This document shows positions 13,912-26,317 of a DNA stretch of 64,000 nt, piece by piece. The stretch's first letter is position 1. The number at the start of each line of letters is the position of its first letter. The notes under the pieces were generated by a model that saw nothing but the letters and a program-made list of their open reading frames with translations, did no database searches and was not told the DNA's origin. The position numbers were made by a program, and so were the translations under genes. The DNA is from Moniliella sp. 'wahieum'. Its lineage: Eukaryota. The stretch is taken from the NCBI GenBank assembly GCA_003971905.1, contig RSEE01000112.1:124001-188000 (forward strand), given 5' to 3'.

Positions 13912-16265
13912 CGTGTGTGTCTCGAGTGCATCTCTCACACGGAGATGGGATTGGGAGGGCTGCAACCACCGCGGGGAAAGCGACCGACACAACAAGTCTC
14001 TGTCTTCTCTCTACTCCTCGCTGGTTCTCCTTGTACCTGAATTTCCAATCTCAATTTCCAATCTCCGACCTGTTACATGTTATTTCGGATCCCACCGCGT
14101 TACACCTCAGTTGACCTCACACTACACCACACCATACCGGCACCCCGGTCCCCGCACGTATCAACCCTTCGTACCTTGTTTCTCCCCTCTGTTCCTCCCT
14201 CGCGTGTCAGTATGGCATGTGGCATGAGAGGTGCGCGGACTCGGACGGACACTCCGCAGCATTTCGCAGGCATCCCATATTCAATCAAAATGCTCTCTCC
14301 GAGTCGGATCATCATCGTTCTCAGAACTCATCGACGACTTGATCTTGATCCTAATCGTGGTCGAGAAAGAGCATCCTGCTCGACCGTTCTCGTTTTATTT
14401 TATTTTTTTTTGGTTCTTTTTCTTTTTCTTTTCTTTTCCTTTTTCTGTTGGTTTTGGGTTGGGGTGTGACGCTAGGGCGGTTCGACGCTCGGTTCCGAGG
14501 TAACCGGGATAACTGGTACCCGGAACCGGTTACCTTGGAGTTGTCCTGCTCGTCTTTTCGCCTTTTTTGTTTATTTGGTTTGTTTATCGTTTGTTTGTTT
14601 GGTTTGGTTTGTTTGTTTCAGGGCCAAAACACCGCAATGCAAAAATACAAGCTCCCTTGCCCCCCCCTCCCTCTCCACCTTAGGCCTTAGGCCTTAGGCT
14701 GTACCAGTTAACCTACCGTCACTAGTCACTCGTACCTTACCGGTTGACGCAGGAGCGTGAGAGCTGAGCGTGATATGATTCTCCCTACTCAGTAGCACCT
14801 TCTCCCAGTAGCGAGCGCCCTTTTCTCTCAGTAGCGCGTTTTCTCTCAGTGTGTTTGGATATGCTATGGATACGTGTCTTGTGTTCCTTTTGTTTGTGGA
14901 GGAGCACGCGAAAGGCGATGATCGATGATCGATGAGCGATGAGCGCGATGAGCGCGATGAGCCCGCCCGGCCCGCTGGCGGTGTGGGCAGTGACTGGTCA
15001 TTAGTGACTAGTGATGCAAGTGATGCGCCTAGCAGCTAGTGATGCAGGATGGGTCCCCGTTCGCCGGTCAAGCTTCAAGCTTCAAGCTTCAAGTGAAGGG
15101 TAACCGGTAACCGGTAAAGCGGCACGGTAACGTTAAATTAACCGTGATAGTACCCATGGAATATTGCTTAGTAGTTGAAGCTTGAACCTTGAAGACACGA
15201 CACTACGACTGATGTATACGAACGATGCTCCAATGATCTCTGCCGTCACATGTCCTGACCACTGAGAATGAGCCGTAAACCCTGTAAATGATAGGACAAC
15301 TACCCAGCAAGACTTCCAGGTGAAGAATGATCGGGAATCCCTCATTATGGTGCATGCAGGCCCACTGGGCGGGGCACCACTTCCGCCATTAATACCTGCG
15401 CTCCACCCGCACCCGAACTGCACCCATCCTCTCTCTCTTGTATTTGGATACCTACGCTACTCAGCGCCCACGCCGGCCCACCCGCGACGGCACGGGGTAT
15501 CTGAACCTTATGCTTCTGCGCTAGTCGATGTGCACCAAGCATCAAGCACCAAGCATCACCAAGCATCAAGTACCAACCATCAAGTATCAAGTATCAAACT
15601 AGGTCCAGACGGGTAAGGCAAGATTCGTTGCGGTATCCAAGTTCCGCGAGGGTGGAGGGCTGGCTTCGGAAGGACGGGAAGGGATGGGATGGACGGGAAG
15701 GGAGGGAGGCGAGACCGCCCATGAGGGAACGGGACGAAAAGAAAAAGGCAAAGGCAAAGGCAAAGGAAAGAAATGAACGCACAGGAGGCAGGGGAGGGGA
15801 GAGGAGGAAGAAAGTAGAGGCGAGTCCACCCTGACGCCCGCCAGGTCCCAGATTCCATAGGCGAGCGACAAGCAAGAAGGGTGGATGCGTGGTACGGGGT
15901 ACGTGGTACGTGTACAGGATGAAGGCGCGACAACAGCAGAACAGTAGGCGACCTACAGGCCGAGGGAGAGGAAGCGAGCAAGGGAGGGAAGAAGGGAAGG
16001 AGGAGGGAAGGAAGGGAGGGTCCTGTAGACTTCCCTGCACTAGGATCGGGGCTGTGCTCCGGTTGGGTTCCCCCCGGCCGTTTGGTGTCGGACGCAGAGG
16101 GTCAAAGGAGCGAGAAAAAGCACAACATGCAGGGCAAGAGCGGGTGCGGCGGGATATAAGGAAATAATACCTATACTACCAAGGCAAGAGGGGAGGAGGG
16201 AAGGCAAAAAGGCAGACGCAAGACGCAAGAGGCAAGAGGCAAGAGGCAAGAGAAGACCCACCGAG

Positions 16266-18025
16266 TTATACGGTGAACTCCCATCGACCTTCCGGGTAGC
16301 CCTGGAGTGTATCGCCAAGCATGATTTCGCGTCGGCGTTGCACATAGACCATGAGGTCCGTGACCTTTTGTCGCAGCTGGGTAATGGTGTCTTGATCGAT
16401 ACGCGATTGAAGTTGTTCCGACAACTCTTCCACTGCGCGTTCGAGATCGCGCTGGTTGTCTTCGAAAATTTCCGTCATGTTGTTACGCTGGAGGTAAAAT
16501 GCCATGGCATAAGTCCACTTGAGCGTCATCCGACACTCGTTGACCACTGTCGCTGCTTTGGCCAAGAACTGCACTTCGGACCAAGACAAGACACCAGCTT
16601 CTTGCATTGCGTCCATATTCTTGCGCGTCTGGACCATGAGCTTCTCATCGAGACGCGCGGATTGCTCGTGGTTCTGGTACCGGTTAAAGTAGTGCAAGTA
16701 CCCTCCAAGCTCACCCGCGACGATTTCCGACTTTCCTTTTCCTGGGCCTTCTTGACGTCAAACCGGTTGCAGTTGTAGTACGAATTGCCGTGCTCGGACC
16801 ACGGGCCCTCGCAAATCCAACAAAATTCGTACCGGCATTTCCGACACGTCATGTGGTTGCACCCGCCATTCTTCTCAATCAACGAATTGCAGTTGGGATT
16901 AGGGCAGTCCTGGGTATTCGCCTTGATCCAATTGGATGTTTCGCTGTCGTCCTCGCACTTTTTGAGCCAGAGATGGACGATGCGGCAAATGCAGGGCGCA
17001 TGCCCTTCTTGGCTGCACCCAAAGCAAAATTCGTGCCCCTCGCCACAGCGTACGGTAGGCACCGTCGTAGCGAGTTTCTTGTGCGAAACGTGGCATTCAA
17101 CAGCCAACTCGCACCCGGGCGCAGGACACCACGCCATGATCCCAGAATCAGAAACAAACGCACGGTTGAGCAGGGTACGGTACCGCTCTAGGACCGACCG
17201 ATCTACCAGTTGACCAATCGTATTCTCATCAATAATGAGCTTGCACGACTCGTCCATGCACTGCACGCGCCGCGACTCACCCGTTCTTGATCTTGTTGTT
17301 GAGGTACTCGGTGTAGCACGAGGTACAGTACCGATGCCCGCACGCGAGAGCCAAGGTGGACATGCGAGGAACCGAGGGATCAAGGGTGATCGGGTGGGCC
17401 AACGCAGATGCAGCGTTGCGGGCACGCGCCACGGCACGCTCGTACTCCTGCAGCTTTCGTTCCTGCTTCGAAGTGAGAGGAAGCAAGTCGTCCGTCGATT
17501 GGAAGCACACCTCGCATGTAAACGTGTCGTGGGGCGTCATCAGCGCCACACGAGGACGGGAGGGATCGTCAATGACGCCGGCCTCGTACTTGACCTCATC
17601 GGGGCATCCATGTAGCGCTCGATCAGGCGCTCCTTGTTCCAGTTCATGTGGCGCAACAGAATGGCCGCGTCTGTGTCCTGTTGTAGAGATCGGTCAGGCA
17701 CATAGAACAGACAGGGGGGAGGGGGGGGCGTACCTTGACATTGAACATGGCAGCGATCTGGTCCACCTCCTTGGTCTGGAGGTTGGTGATGTCCTGTTCG
17801 TTGCGCGAGGCGTACTCGACCTCCCACGGCTTCTTCCGGGGGTGGGAGACAGAGTCGAGGTCGGCTTCATCGATCGCCGACTCGGCGCCATCGAGGTTGA
17901 CTTGGTCGGCGTCCGAGTCATCAACACGGCGAGGTCGTCGTCGTCGTCGTCGGCATAGAAGAACTGGGCGGGGTCGTCGTCGAGGGCCTCCAAGTCGGGA
18001 CAGAGTCGTTGTCGGAGGAGGTCAT
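16266..18025 (-). CDS. ARI1: Ariadne-family RBR E3 ubiquitin ligase (ARI1/HEL1/Dbl4-like)
   Basis: Acidic N-terminus, ILLRHMNWNKERLIERY, RING1 (CEVC...CGHRYC), IBR (WCPAPGC...CGEGHEFCFGC), RING2 (IEKNGGCNHMTCRKCRYEFCWIC) and Ariadne domain (HYFNRYQNHEQS...TLKWTYAMAFYL). Confidence 0.95.
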
Positions 18026-18390
18026 GTCGATGTCGGACGAAGCGTCGGCGGGGGCAGCTCGCATGGCGGTGGTGGCGGTGGTGGTGGGGGGGGGGTGTAC
18101 TTAACGCCGGCCGGCCTCGCCGCCGCGAGCGCTGATTGGGCGGCGGCTGAGCTAAGCCCCAGCGCGGGCGCGGGCGGGGGCCGCACACAGGCGCGGTGCC
18201 CCTCCGCAACTGCGCAGGCAGGGCGCCGCTGTGGCCGGCTGGGTTCAGTTGAACGTTCAAGGCGGGGTTTGCCCCGCAGTTAAGGGCGCATGACGTCCCT
18301 GCACGTGGCCTGCGTGGTGAGCTAAGCGGGGCGTGCGTCTGCGGGGCGTGCCTTGCATGTGCTGTGCGTCTCTCCAGCACCTGCTCACCA

Positions 18391-20170
18391 ATGGCCGACG
18401 CCGCCCAGCGCATCCTCCTCGTCGCGCCGCACGCGCCCACCACCGCCGCCCGCCACCGCCCGCCGCCCAGGCCGCCGCACTCGTCCACACCCTCATCCAC
18501 CCGACACGCCCACCACACCCCGCCTCCCCCCCACCGCATCCCCTGGACCATCCGCAACAAGTACTACACTGCCCATGTCCACTTTGACCTCATCCCGCTC
18601 CCCCTGCTCCCGCCCCCCGCGCCTCCCTCCCGCGACCCGCACCAGCAGCAGCGCCACCACCCCGCCGCCCAGGCCAGCATCACCGCCTCCCTCCAGCAGG
18701 GCGCGTCCGTCGTGCTCGTGAGCTTGGCCGGCGTCCCGGACGCAGCCGACCAGGTCCGCGTGCTGGACGACCTGTCGCTCTTTCTCGATGCCCAGCATCT
18801 GGCTGTCGCCTTGGCCATTGCGCCTGTTCCGCCCTCGTCTGCGCGCCCTCCTACGCGCCCTCTGGCGCAGCCCCCACCCCCCCCGCCGCCGCCGTGCTCG
18901 TGAGGCTGCCGAGAAGGTAGAAGATGCGTTCTTGGAACGCAATTGGGAGTACCTTGTCTTGGCCGATGCACGTGCGTTGGGCGGGACCGAGGGGTACCTG
19001 CCTCCGGACCAAGCTTTATCCTGGACGACGCGCCGGAAGGGACAGAGGGGGTCCAGGCACCGACGATCCGTACGACAAGCACGAAATGGACCCCGACGAG
19101 GAGGACGAGACGAAGAGGAAGAGGACCAGGCGCCATTGGAGCGGGCACGCGAAGCTCTCATGGCTCACATGTGGCCTGCCATGGTTCTAGTCGAGTCAGG
19201 ACCGCAGCGGGACGGGACCTCGGTGCCCAACCCCCCCCTCCGAGCGCCTGCTTCGCCACGACGTGGATCTCGGTCCCAGCCCGCTGTGGGGCGAATGGGA
19301 TGGGGACTTGTTGTGGACGGTGCGCCGACGGGCGCGCAACATGCCCAGCCTACCGCAGAAGACGAAGCGTTGGCTAAGGCCTTCCTTGCTCGGATCCACC
19401 AAGCGGAAGCGAAACTTGCGCCCTTGTGGGACACCAATACTACTCCCTACCCAGGACGCGGTCCCGTCTGCATCTGCATCTGCTTTGGCTCTGCATCTGC
19501 GTCGGCGTCGGCGTCCGCTGATGCGCCTTCCGAGCCGTCGTGGTTAGACGCGCAAAAGGCCCAGGATACCATCAGCCTGGACCAACGCCGAGCCCGGGCC
19601 ACCGCAGCACTACATCGGTTCCTTGAGCTCGAAGCGGGCGAGACGTTCGCGGTGGGTTCCCATGCCTACGCAACTGACGAGCCACTTGGGTTCGAAGATC
19701 ACTTTGCTCCGTCTCACCCTTCCGCCGCCCGGCCCCTAAGACCAACGCCGACGAGGAATTGGACGTGGATGGACAAGGGGAGCAGGAGGATGGGGATGGG
19801 TTTGGCGGATTCGTTCCGGCTGCATCGGCGGATCAGGACCAAGATCAGGACCAGATCAGGACCAGGACCAGAACAAAATCGGACAAGAGCAAGACCGGAC
19901 CACTTTGATCGTGCGTTTGATCACCTATCTTCCCTCGCGCTGGACGATCAGCAGGCCGAACAGAGGGTCGCGGCCCATACCAATTTGCTGCACTTGCTCG
20001 AGGCCGAACGTAGCAGGGTACAACTGTTGCCTGAAGCAGCACGTGCGCAAGCGGCTGCCGATGTTGCACGACGTCTCGCGGGTCTCGGGTTAGGGGAGAG
20101 CGATGGCATCGATGGCATCGATGGGATTGATGGGCTGGCACGTGCAACGGGAAGGACAAGTGGATCGTGA
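18391..20170 (+). CDS. Alpha/gamma-adaptin-binding protein p34 (AAGAB/Irc6-like)
   Basis: IPWTIRNKYYTAHVHF and LERAREALMAHMWPAM match family hallmarks. C-terminal LEAERSRVQLLPEAARAQAAADVA also fits. Confidence 0.75.
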
Positions 20171-23100
20171 ACCGCAAAATATATATGTGTGTGCGAGGAT
20201 TGGGGGATCTGAGCATGATCGTGCATTGGTTGGCAGTGTCAAGTGTAGATAGTGTAGCGTGTAGAGCGTAGAGAAGGGGGATGGGGGGGACAAGGCCCGC
20301 GTAGGGGGATGGGGGCGGACAAGGCCCGCGTACCGCGGTCCATACGAGCAACGAGACGCAACGTACGCCTGTTGCGGGGGCGTGGCGATTCACTGTTCAC
20401 TATTCAGGTGTGGCAAGGAACGCTAGTATTGTCACACTCGCAGTCCCACCTATCGTCGGCGCTGTTGGGCATGGTACACTTTGACTGGCACACCAAGTGG
20501 TAATGATGTCCTCTGAGATCTGAATTTGAGAGCGGCCTGAGCGCGCTGAGCGCCTGAGCCCTTGAGCACTTGAATCCTGGAAGCTTGAGCACTGGGAAAA
20601 GAGAAGGTCAGCCGATCAACTAATGTGCCCGCGGAAAATCTCGATAATCGCGTGGAACACGATAGTCACACTACCGTGATCAACATGATCGTTGAGTTCA
20701 ACTCAACGTTCATCCTGTCAACACGTTCAACACGTTCAACGTTCGAGTCGTACGTTCAGCACGGCGCTCAGTACGTTCGACGTACTCCACGTACCGAGTC
20801 CAAGCTCCTAGCTTCAAGCTTCAAGCTTTCGGTGTTACTAACGACCGGTGGTCGGTGACTGGTGACCGGCCGGGTGGCTGCCACAGCTTTTGGCCACAGC
20901 TTCTTCATTACTCTTTGCCACAGCCGGCCGGCATGACATCATCGACATCTTCCTGCCATCATGTCATCCATGCCACATCCATCATCCGTCAGTGTCGTTT
21001 CTTCTGCATCTCAGGCCCTCAGGGAGCACTGAGCGCTACTGGCCGCGAGCATCTCTGCCAGATGTCGATGAGTATGTAGGTGTCTCTCTCTGTTAGACAA
21101 CGTACTTGTGCGCACTTTGGGCCGACGTGAAATTAAATGTCAGCCGGAGCGCATACCACAAGCTGTATATATATCCTTGCCGTCTTCGTACGCCCGTAAT
21201 GGCAGTGGCAGCGTATAGCCCTTTTTAGGTACAAGGTACGCAGGTCAAGCTGCAAGACCCAGGCGCCCATGAAGCATGAAGCTTAGAGGACTGTGAAATT
21301 GCCCGCCTCCCAAAGCAGTGCTGGTTGGCACGTACATATATTGCGGCCAACAGAAGAACATCTTATCAATCTTTTCCCCACGGGTGTTCAGGTCACCGGT
21401 GGTCACGCTTAGCGATTCTCGAGTAACGATTAACTTCAACTGAGCGCACTGAGCGCCTGAGCGCCCAGTTCAACGTCATCGTGTCATCGACGTCATCGAT
21501 CATCTATACCGGCAAAAAACGTTCTCCAACCTCATCACCTCGCCAGGCTTCAAGCTTCAAGCTTCAGCTTCAAGCTTCAAGCTTCAAGCAGTCGAATCGA
21601 GTCTCAGTCCCTCAGTTTCGAGCTTAAAGCTCAAATCTTAAAGACGCCGTGCAGTTTCTCTCTTCGTGTACTCACTCAACTGAGTAGTACTGCGTATATA
21701 CGTCCTTGACAACATCATATAACTTTTCGCACCTCAGGTTGTGTAGATTGGACCACACACCAGCAGTGTTGACATGCTGACATGTTGACAAGTGACATTG
21801 TCATTGAACGTTGAACGTGTGGAATCGCAGTAACTGTCTTTTGGCCGATAGCGCTTTTTCTTCGTCCTGAACCGTCCTAGAATGAACGTACCATCAGCAC
21901 GTGGGCGAGCGTGTGCTATTAGCGCTTAGCGTTTAGCGCTTAGCGTAATAGCATACGCCTAGTTCTACTGCGTGCCATTGGTACGCTTTCGGAGTTCGCA
22001 AGCCTGTGTGTGTTGTGCGTTTCTTATATATCGTTTCTTTTCCATACACGCCCTCCTGCTGTAGCGTTTTACAAAGTTCTTGTTTATAGATCGGCTTTGC
22101 CTCTGTCTAAAGTTTTTTTTGCCAGAGCTAGGAATGCGAGCAGAAGAACGCAGCGGGGAAGCAATACGTCCCACAGGGATCGCTCAACGTCAACTGCGGA
22201 ACTTTGCTTTGAGGAGAGATTCTCGATGAACGCCATTTTAGATATCCATCATGCATCACATGCCAATTGTATCTTCGGTCCCGACAATCTGAACTTCAGG
22301 CTCATATTTCGAATGGGAGATTGGAGATTGGAGCCCCCTATCATATGTCATACCCCAAGTAAACATGGATCTAACACAGCAGCAGCCTAGTACCATACCG
22401 GGAACAAATGAAAGAAAGATGAGATCAATTGAGATGAGATGTGAGATCTGTGAGAGATTCGATGCATGATGCGATGGTGTTGGGCCCAACATGCAGATCT
22501 GGGGATAAGCAGCCGGTGGGAACGCTGTTGGCTACGCGTTCGCATTACGCGGTACGAAGTTGTTATTGGAGGTACATGCTATACAAGTGTTAAACGTAAT
22601 GGTACGCGTTTCGGACCGGGGCGGCGAAATATGTGAAAGGCTGTGTTTTGGCGAAGTGCGAACGACTGATACGAGCGAACGAGCAACCCGACGCCACCTT
22701 TGGCTATAAGCTTCAGGCAAAAAGCCAGTGTTGCTCGCGCTGTCGCCAAGAATGATTAATGAAGCCAAGAGACTGGTTTCACATTCCTCGTTGGTTAGAT
22801 CGGTTAGATCGACTGGCCTAGCCAGGGTCCGACAGGGGCCGCCAGCCGACGCGTGGGAACGCGCCAACGTCGAACGTCGAACGCCAGCGCCCGTCTGATC
22901 AATCATCGTACTTTCTTACGTATCGGATTATTGCTGGCCGTTGGGCACTGGTGGCGGTGGAAAAAGGAACGTTTCTCATTCGGTGGGCGGTCCCACCGGT
23001 GATGGTACGGCACTGGTGCACTGGTGTCGGCGAATCGGGGCCGGTGAGATCGCATCAATCAGTTTGTGGGCTTCTCCGATCCAGAGAAGCAGATGCCGGT

Positions 23101-24106
23101 GAAGCCGGTGAAGCTTGAAGTCGGCACAGCCATCAAGCTTCAAGCTTCACGTGCACGAAGAGGCGGAATCGATGTAGCTTCGACAGCTCGAAGACGATCT
23201 GCGCATGGATCATTTAGTCATTAATCAGTGATCGCGGGGGTGGCTCGTGAGTGCAGTGAGTAGCCTTGGGAGACCTGGGTGGACGCCTCAAATTCACTAT
23301 TTCTGTACGTACCATCCAACATGCAAGCCCCAAAGCTTAACGGCAAACATTGAACGATGGCGCTGAGCTGAGCTACGCTGAGTACCAGCCATTGGGTACT
23401 CGGACTGAGTACAGAGGATATTGAGTACTGAGTACGGATGCACTGATGGCACCGAGCACTGAGTAACTGAGTATGAAGTCGAGGATGGATGAGGTTGATG
23501 CAGCCCATGTCGATGACTCGATGACGTAGGGATGAAATGCACACACGCCCTGCATGTCTGTGCCTCTTCTGTGCTTCGTCGTCCAGAAGCTTATGGTATC
23601 TTGCACAAGCTGTGTCATGTTCTACGTACACCCGCCCTTGGTGAAAGGGTCGAGCGTATCGATAGAGTGGCGATGAATATACCGATCAAGCGGCCAGCAG
23701 CATGTTGCACAGAATATCGTCGTTGTTGCGTTGTACGCGGTACGCGGTACGAGACTCGAGCAAGACATCAACGTCCGCAACAAGGGTCTTCCACACCAGT
23801 TGTGCACACCTGTGGTACTTACCCCGCCTCATCGGTGGCGGAGGGCATATAAATGCTGTTGCCAACTAGCACGTGTACCCCTCCGGCTACCGGTGTTCAT
23901 CACCACCCCACCTTCCGTCTCTCCAACTCCAACTTCTTCACCATCACCTTCTCCCTGCTCTTCTAGTCGATACCAGCGCCCTTTTATCTTCCCGTACATC
24001 GCTCCTCCTGCACGCGCATCTCCTTCATCGGTGGAGATCTTCCTGCACACCTCTTTTTTATTTTCTCGTCCATCTCTTCCGTTTCTACATTCTTTGTTCT
24101 CATCCC

Positions 24107-25551
24107 ATGCTGCACCTTCTTCCTTTGGCGTTCCTTGCTGTGGCTCACCTGGCACGCGCCACACCCATCCGAGGGGTCAATCTTGGGTACGTCCCATTCT
24201 TGCCTCATATCGAGACGTGTCCCAACTGACTGGAACTGTCTGTGCTTGGGGAGGGGGGAAAAGCGGGTGGCTAGTGACCGAGAAATGGATCGTGCCTTCG
24301 GTCTACCATTCGACCGGCAACAGTTCCATCGTTGACGAGTGGACGTTTGGCTATGCGCCCAACGCGACCCAGATCTTGACGAACCATTGGGAAACCTTCA
24401 TCTCCGAAAACGATTTCGCTCAGATGGCTTCGGCAGGGTTGAATTATGTTCGGTAGGTTCATTCCTTCCCCCTCCCCTCACCTCCCTCTCTCCTCCCCCT
24501 TGCAACTCCACCTTGGTTGCCTTGGAGCGGTTTGGCTAACCTCTGCACAGAATTCCGATTGGGTACTGGGCCTATGACACGTCGGCGGGAGAACCGTACG
24601 TGCACGCGAACCAGTCGGACTACTTGTCGCGTGCGGTTGGATGGGCTTCGAACCATGGGATCCAAGTAATCATCTGTCTGCATGGTGTGCCAGGTTCGCA
24701 GAACGGCCGCGCATCTTCGGGGCGAAGTGGGGGAACGTATTGGCAAGATTCGTCGTCGAACGCGGATGCCGAGAACGTGTTGCGTGAGATTGCGTCGGCG
24801 TTTAGTTCGCAACAGAGTACAGTGACGCACATTGAGGCGTTGAATGAGCCGCTGCTCAACGAGAACGTGGACAACGATGTGACTTTTACCCAAAACTATT
24901 ACACATCTGTGCTGGACCAGGTGCCGTCGGGGTTTACTGGCACGTACCATGATGGCTTCCTCAATCTCTCTACCTGGTACGACTTTAACAACGGCAAGGG
25001 CTCCGTCGACACTCACATCTATGCCAACATGTATGATTACAACAGCGGTCTTGCCAGTACGTGTCTCTCCCCTTTTTTTGAGGTGCTGGAACGTCACCCG
25101 CTTGTCAGAGGTGGACCTGAAGACTGACCACGGTGCCCCCAGATCCTCCCGCCTACAACAACATCTCCGATGCCGCTTTGAGGCAGGTATGTCAGCTGAA
25201 GCAGCCCCTCGCCGAGAGCCAGTCGCATCACGAGACGATTGTCGGGGAATGGAGTGTGGCCCAAACTCAAGATTCCAGCAACAGCAAGCGCAGTGAGCTG
25301 TCGGTGCGTGACGCTGGCCCACCCGGTCGAAGGCGCGCAGGGACTGATGTCGCTCGTCGGGCTACTGTGGACGACACACTGTACCGGCAACAACTGTTTG
25401 ACACACAATCGCTCGTGTACGAACAAAACACCGCAGGATGGATCAGTTTACGTGGAAAACAGAAGATTCGAGTAGCTACTGGTCGTACCAGGCTGGGTTG
25501 GGAAACTGGATTCCTCAAGACTTGTCCCAACGCACCCATTCGGTCTGTTGA
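24107..25551 (+). CDS. Secreted GH5 exo-beta-1,3-glucanase (Exg1-like)
   Basis: Signal peptide, RGVNLG/GWLVTEKWI, DEWTF, HWETFI, GLNYVR/IPIGYW, LHGVPGSQNG, catalytic IEALNEP and IVGEWS. About 3 introns. Confidence 0.93.
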
Positions 25552-26317
25552 TCCCGTCGCCCCCCCCACCCCCACTCCCTTTCTTTGGACATTTCGATTC
25601 CCTTGCACCATGCACGGACTTTCTTGGGCTTTGCCCGCATCGCACGCTCTCGTCACTCTCCTCATTCTCGCTCTCCTCACTCTCTCCTCTCTCTCTCACT
25701 CTCCTCACTGTGTTATATTCGCCACGGCCGCTCGCCAGCTCATCGCTCATGTTTCTGTTTTTCTGTTTTTCTCTTTTTTTGCGCCAACCTACTAGGGCTC
25801 TTTGCGTTATTCCCCCCCTCTTAATACCTCGGGTTACCTCTCATCTCATCTCAGCACACCACATTGCGACTACACCTCCGTCAGTTCTTGCTCCCCCGTT
25901 CTGCACATGCTTCAACCTTGGCACCCTAATACATCCACCCCAGCACACATTTAGCAGCACTGCTGTCCATGTCGATACATCATTGTTTTCCACCCCCCCC
26001 TCTTCCCTTTGCCCACCATAACCCCGTAGAGCATGCTGAGCGCCGACCACGAGACGGAAGGCGGCGCGTGTGGTGGTGTGAGGCCGGGGCTGGCGTGTGT
26101 GTGAGGTGGGAGGGCACGGACCCCCTGCGCCGGCCATGGGCGATGCCACGGCGGCGCAGGGCCGGCACAGCGCCAGTGTCCTGGGCCCCCCTGCCCCCCT
26201 CCCAAGGCGCACGGGGTGGACCGTGCGCACGGGTGAAATTTATCAGTGGCAACCAACTGCTCCCTCTGGGCGCCTCCCTCGCGTCCCCCCGCCTCCTCCT
26301 CCGTCGCCGCCGCCGCC

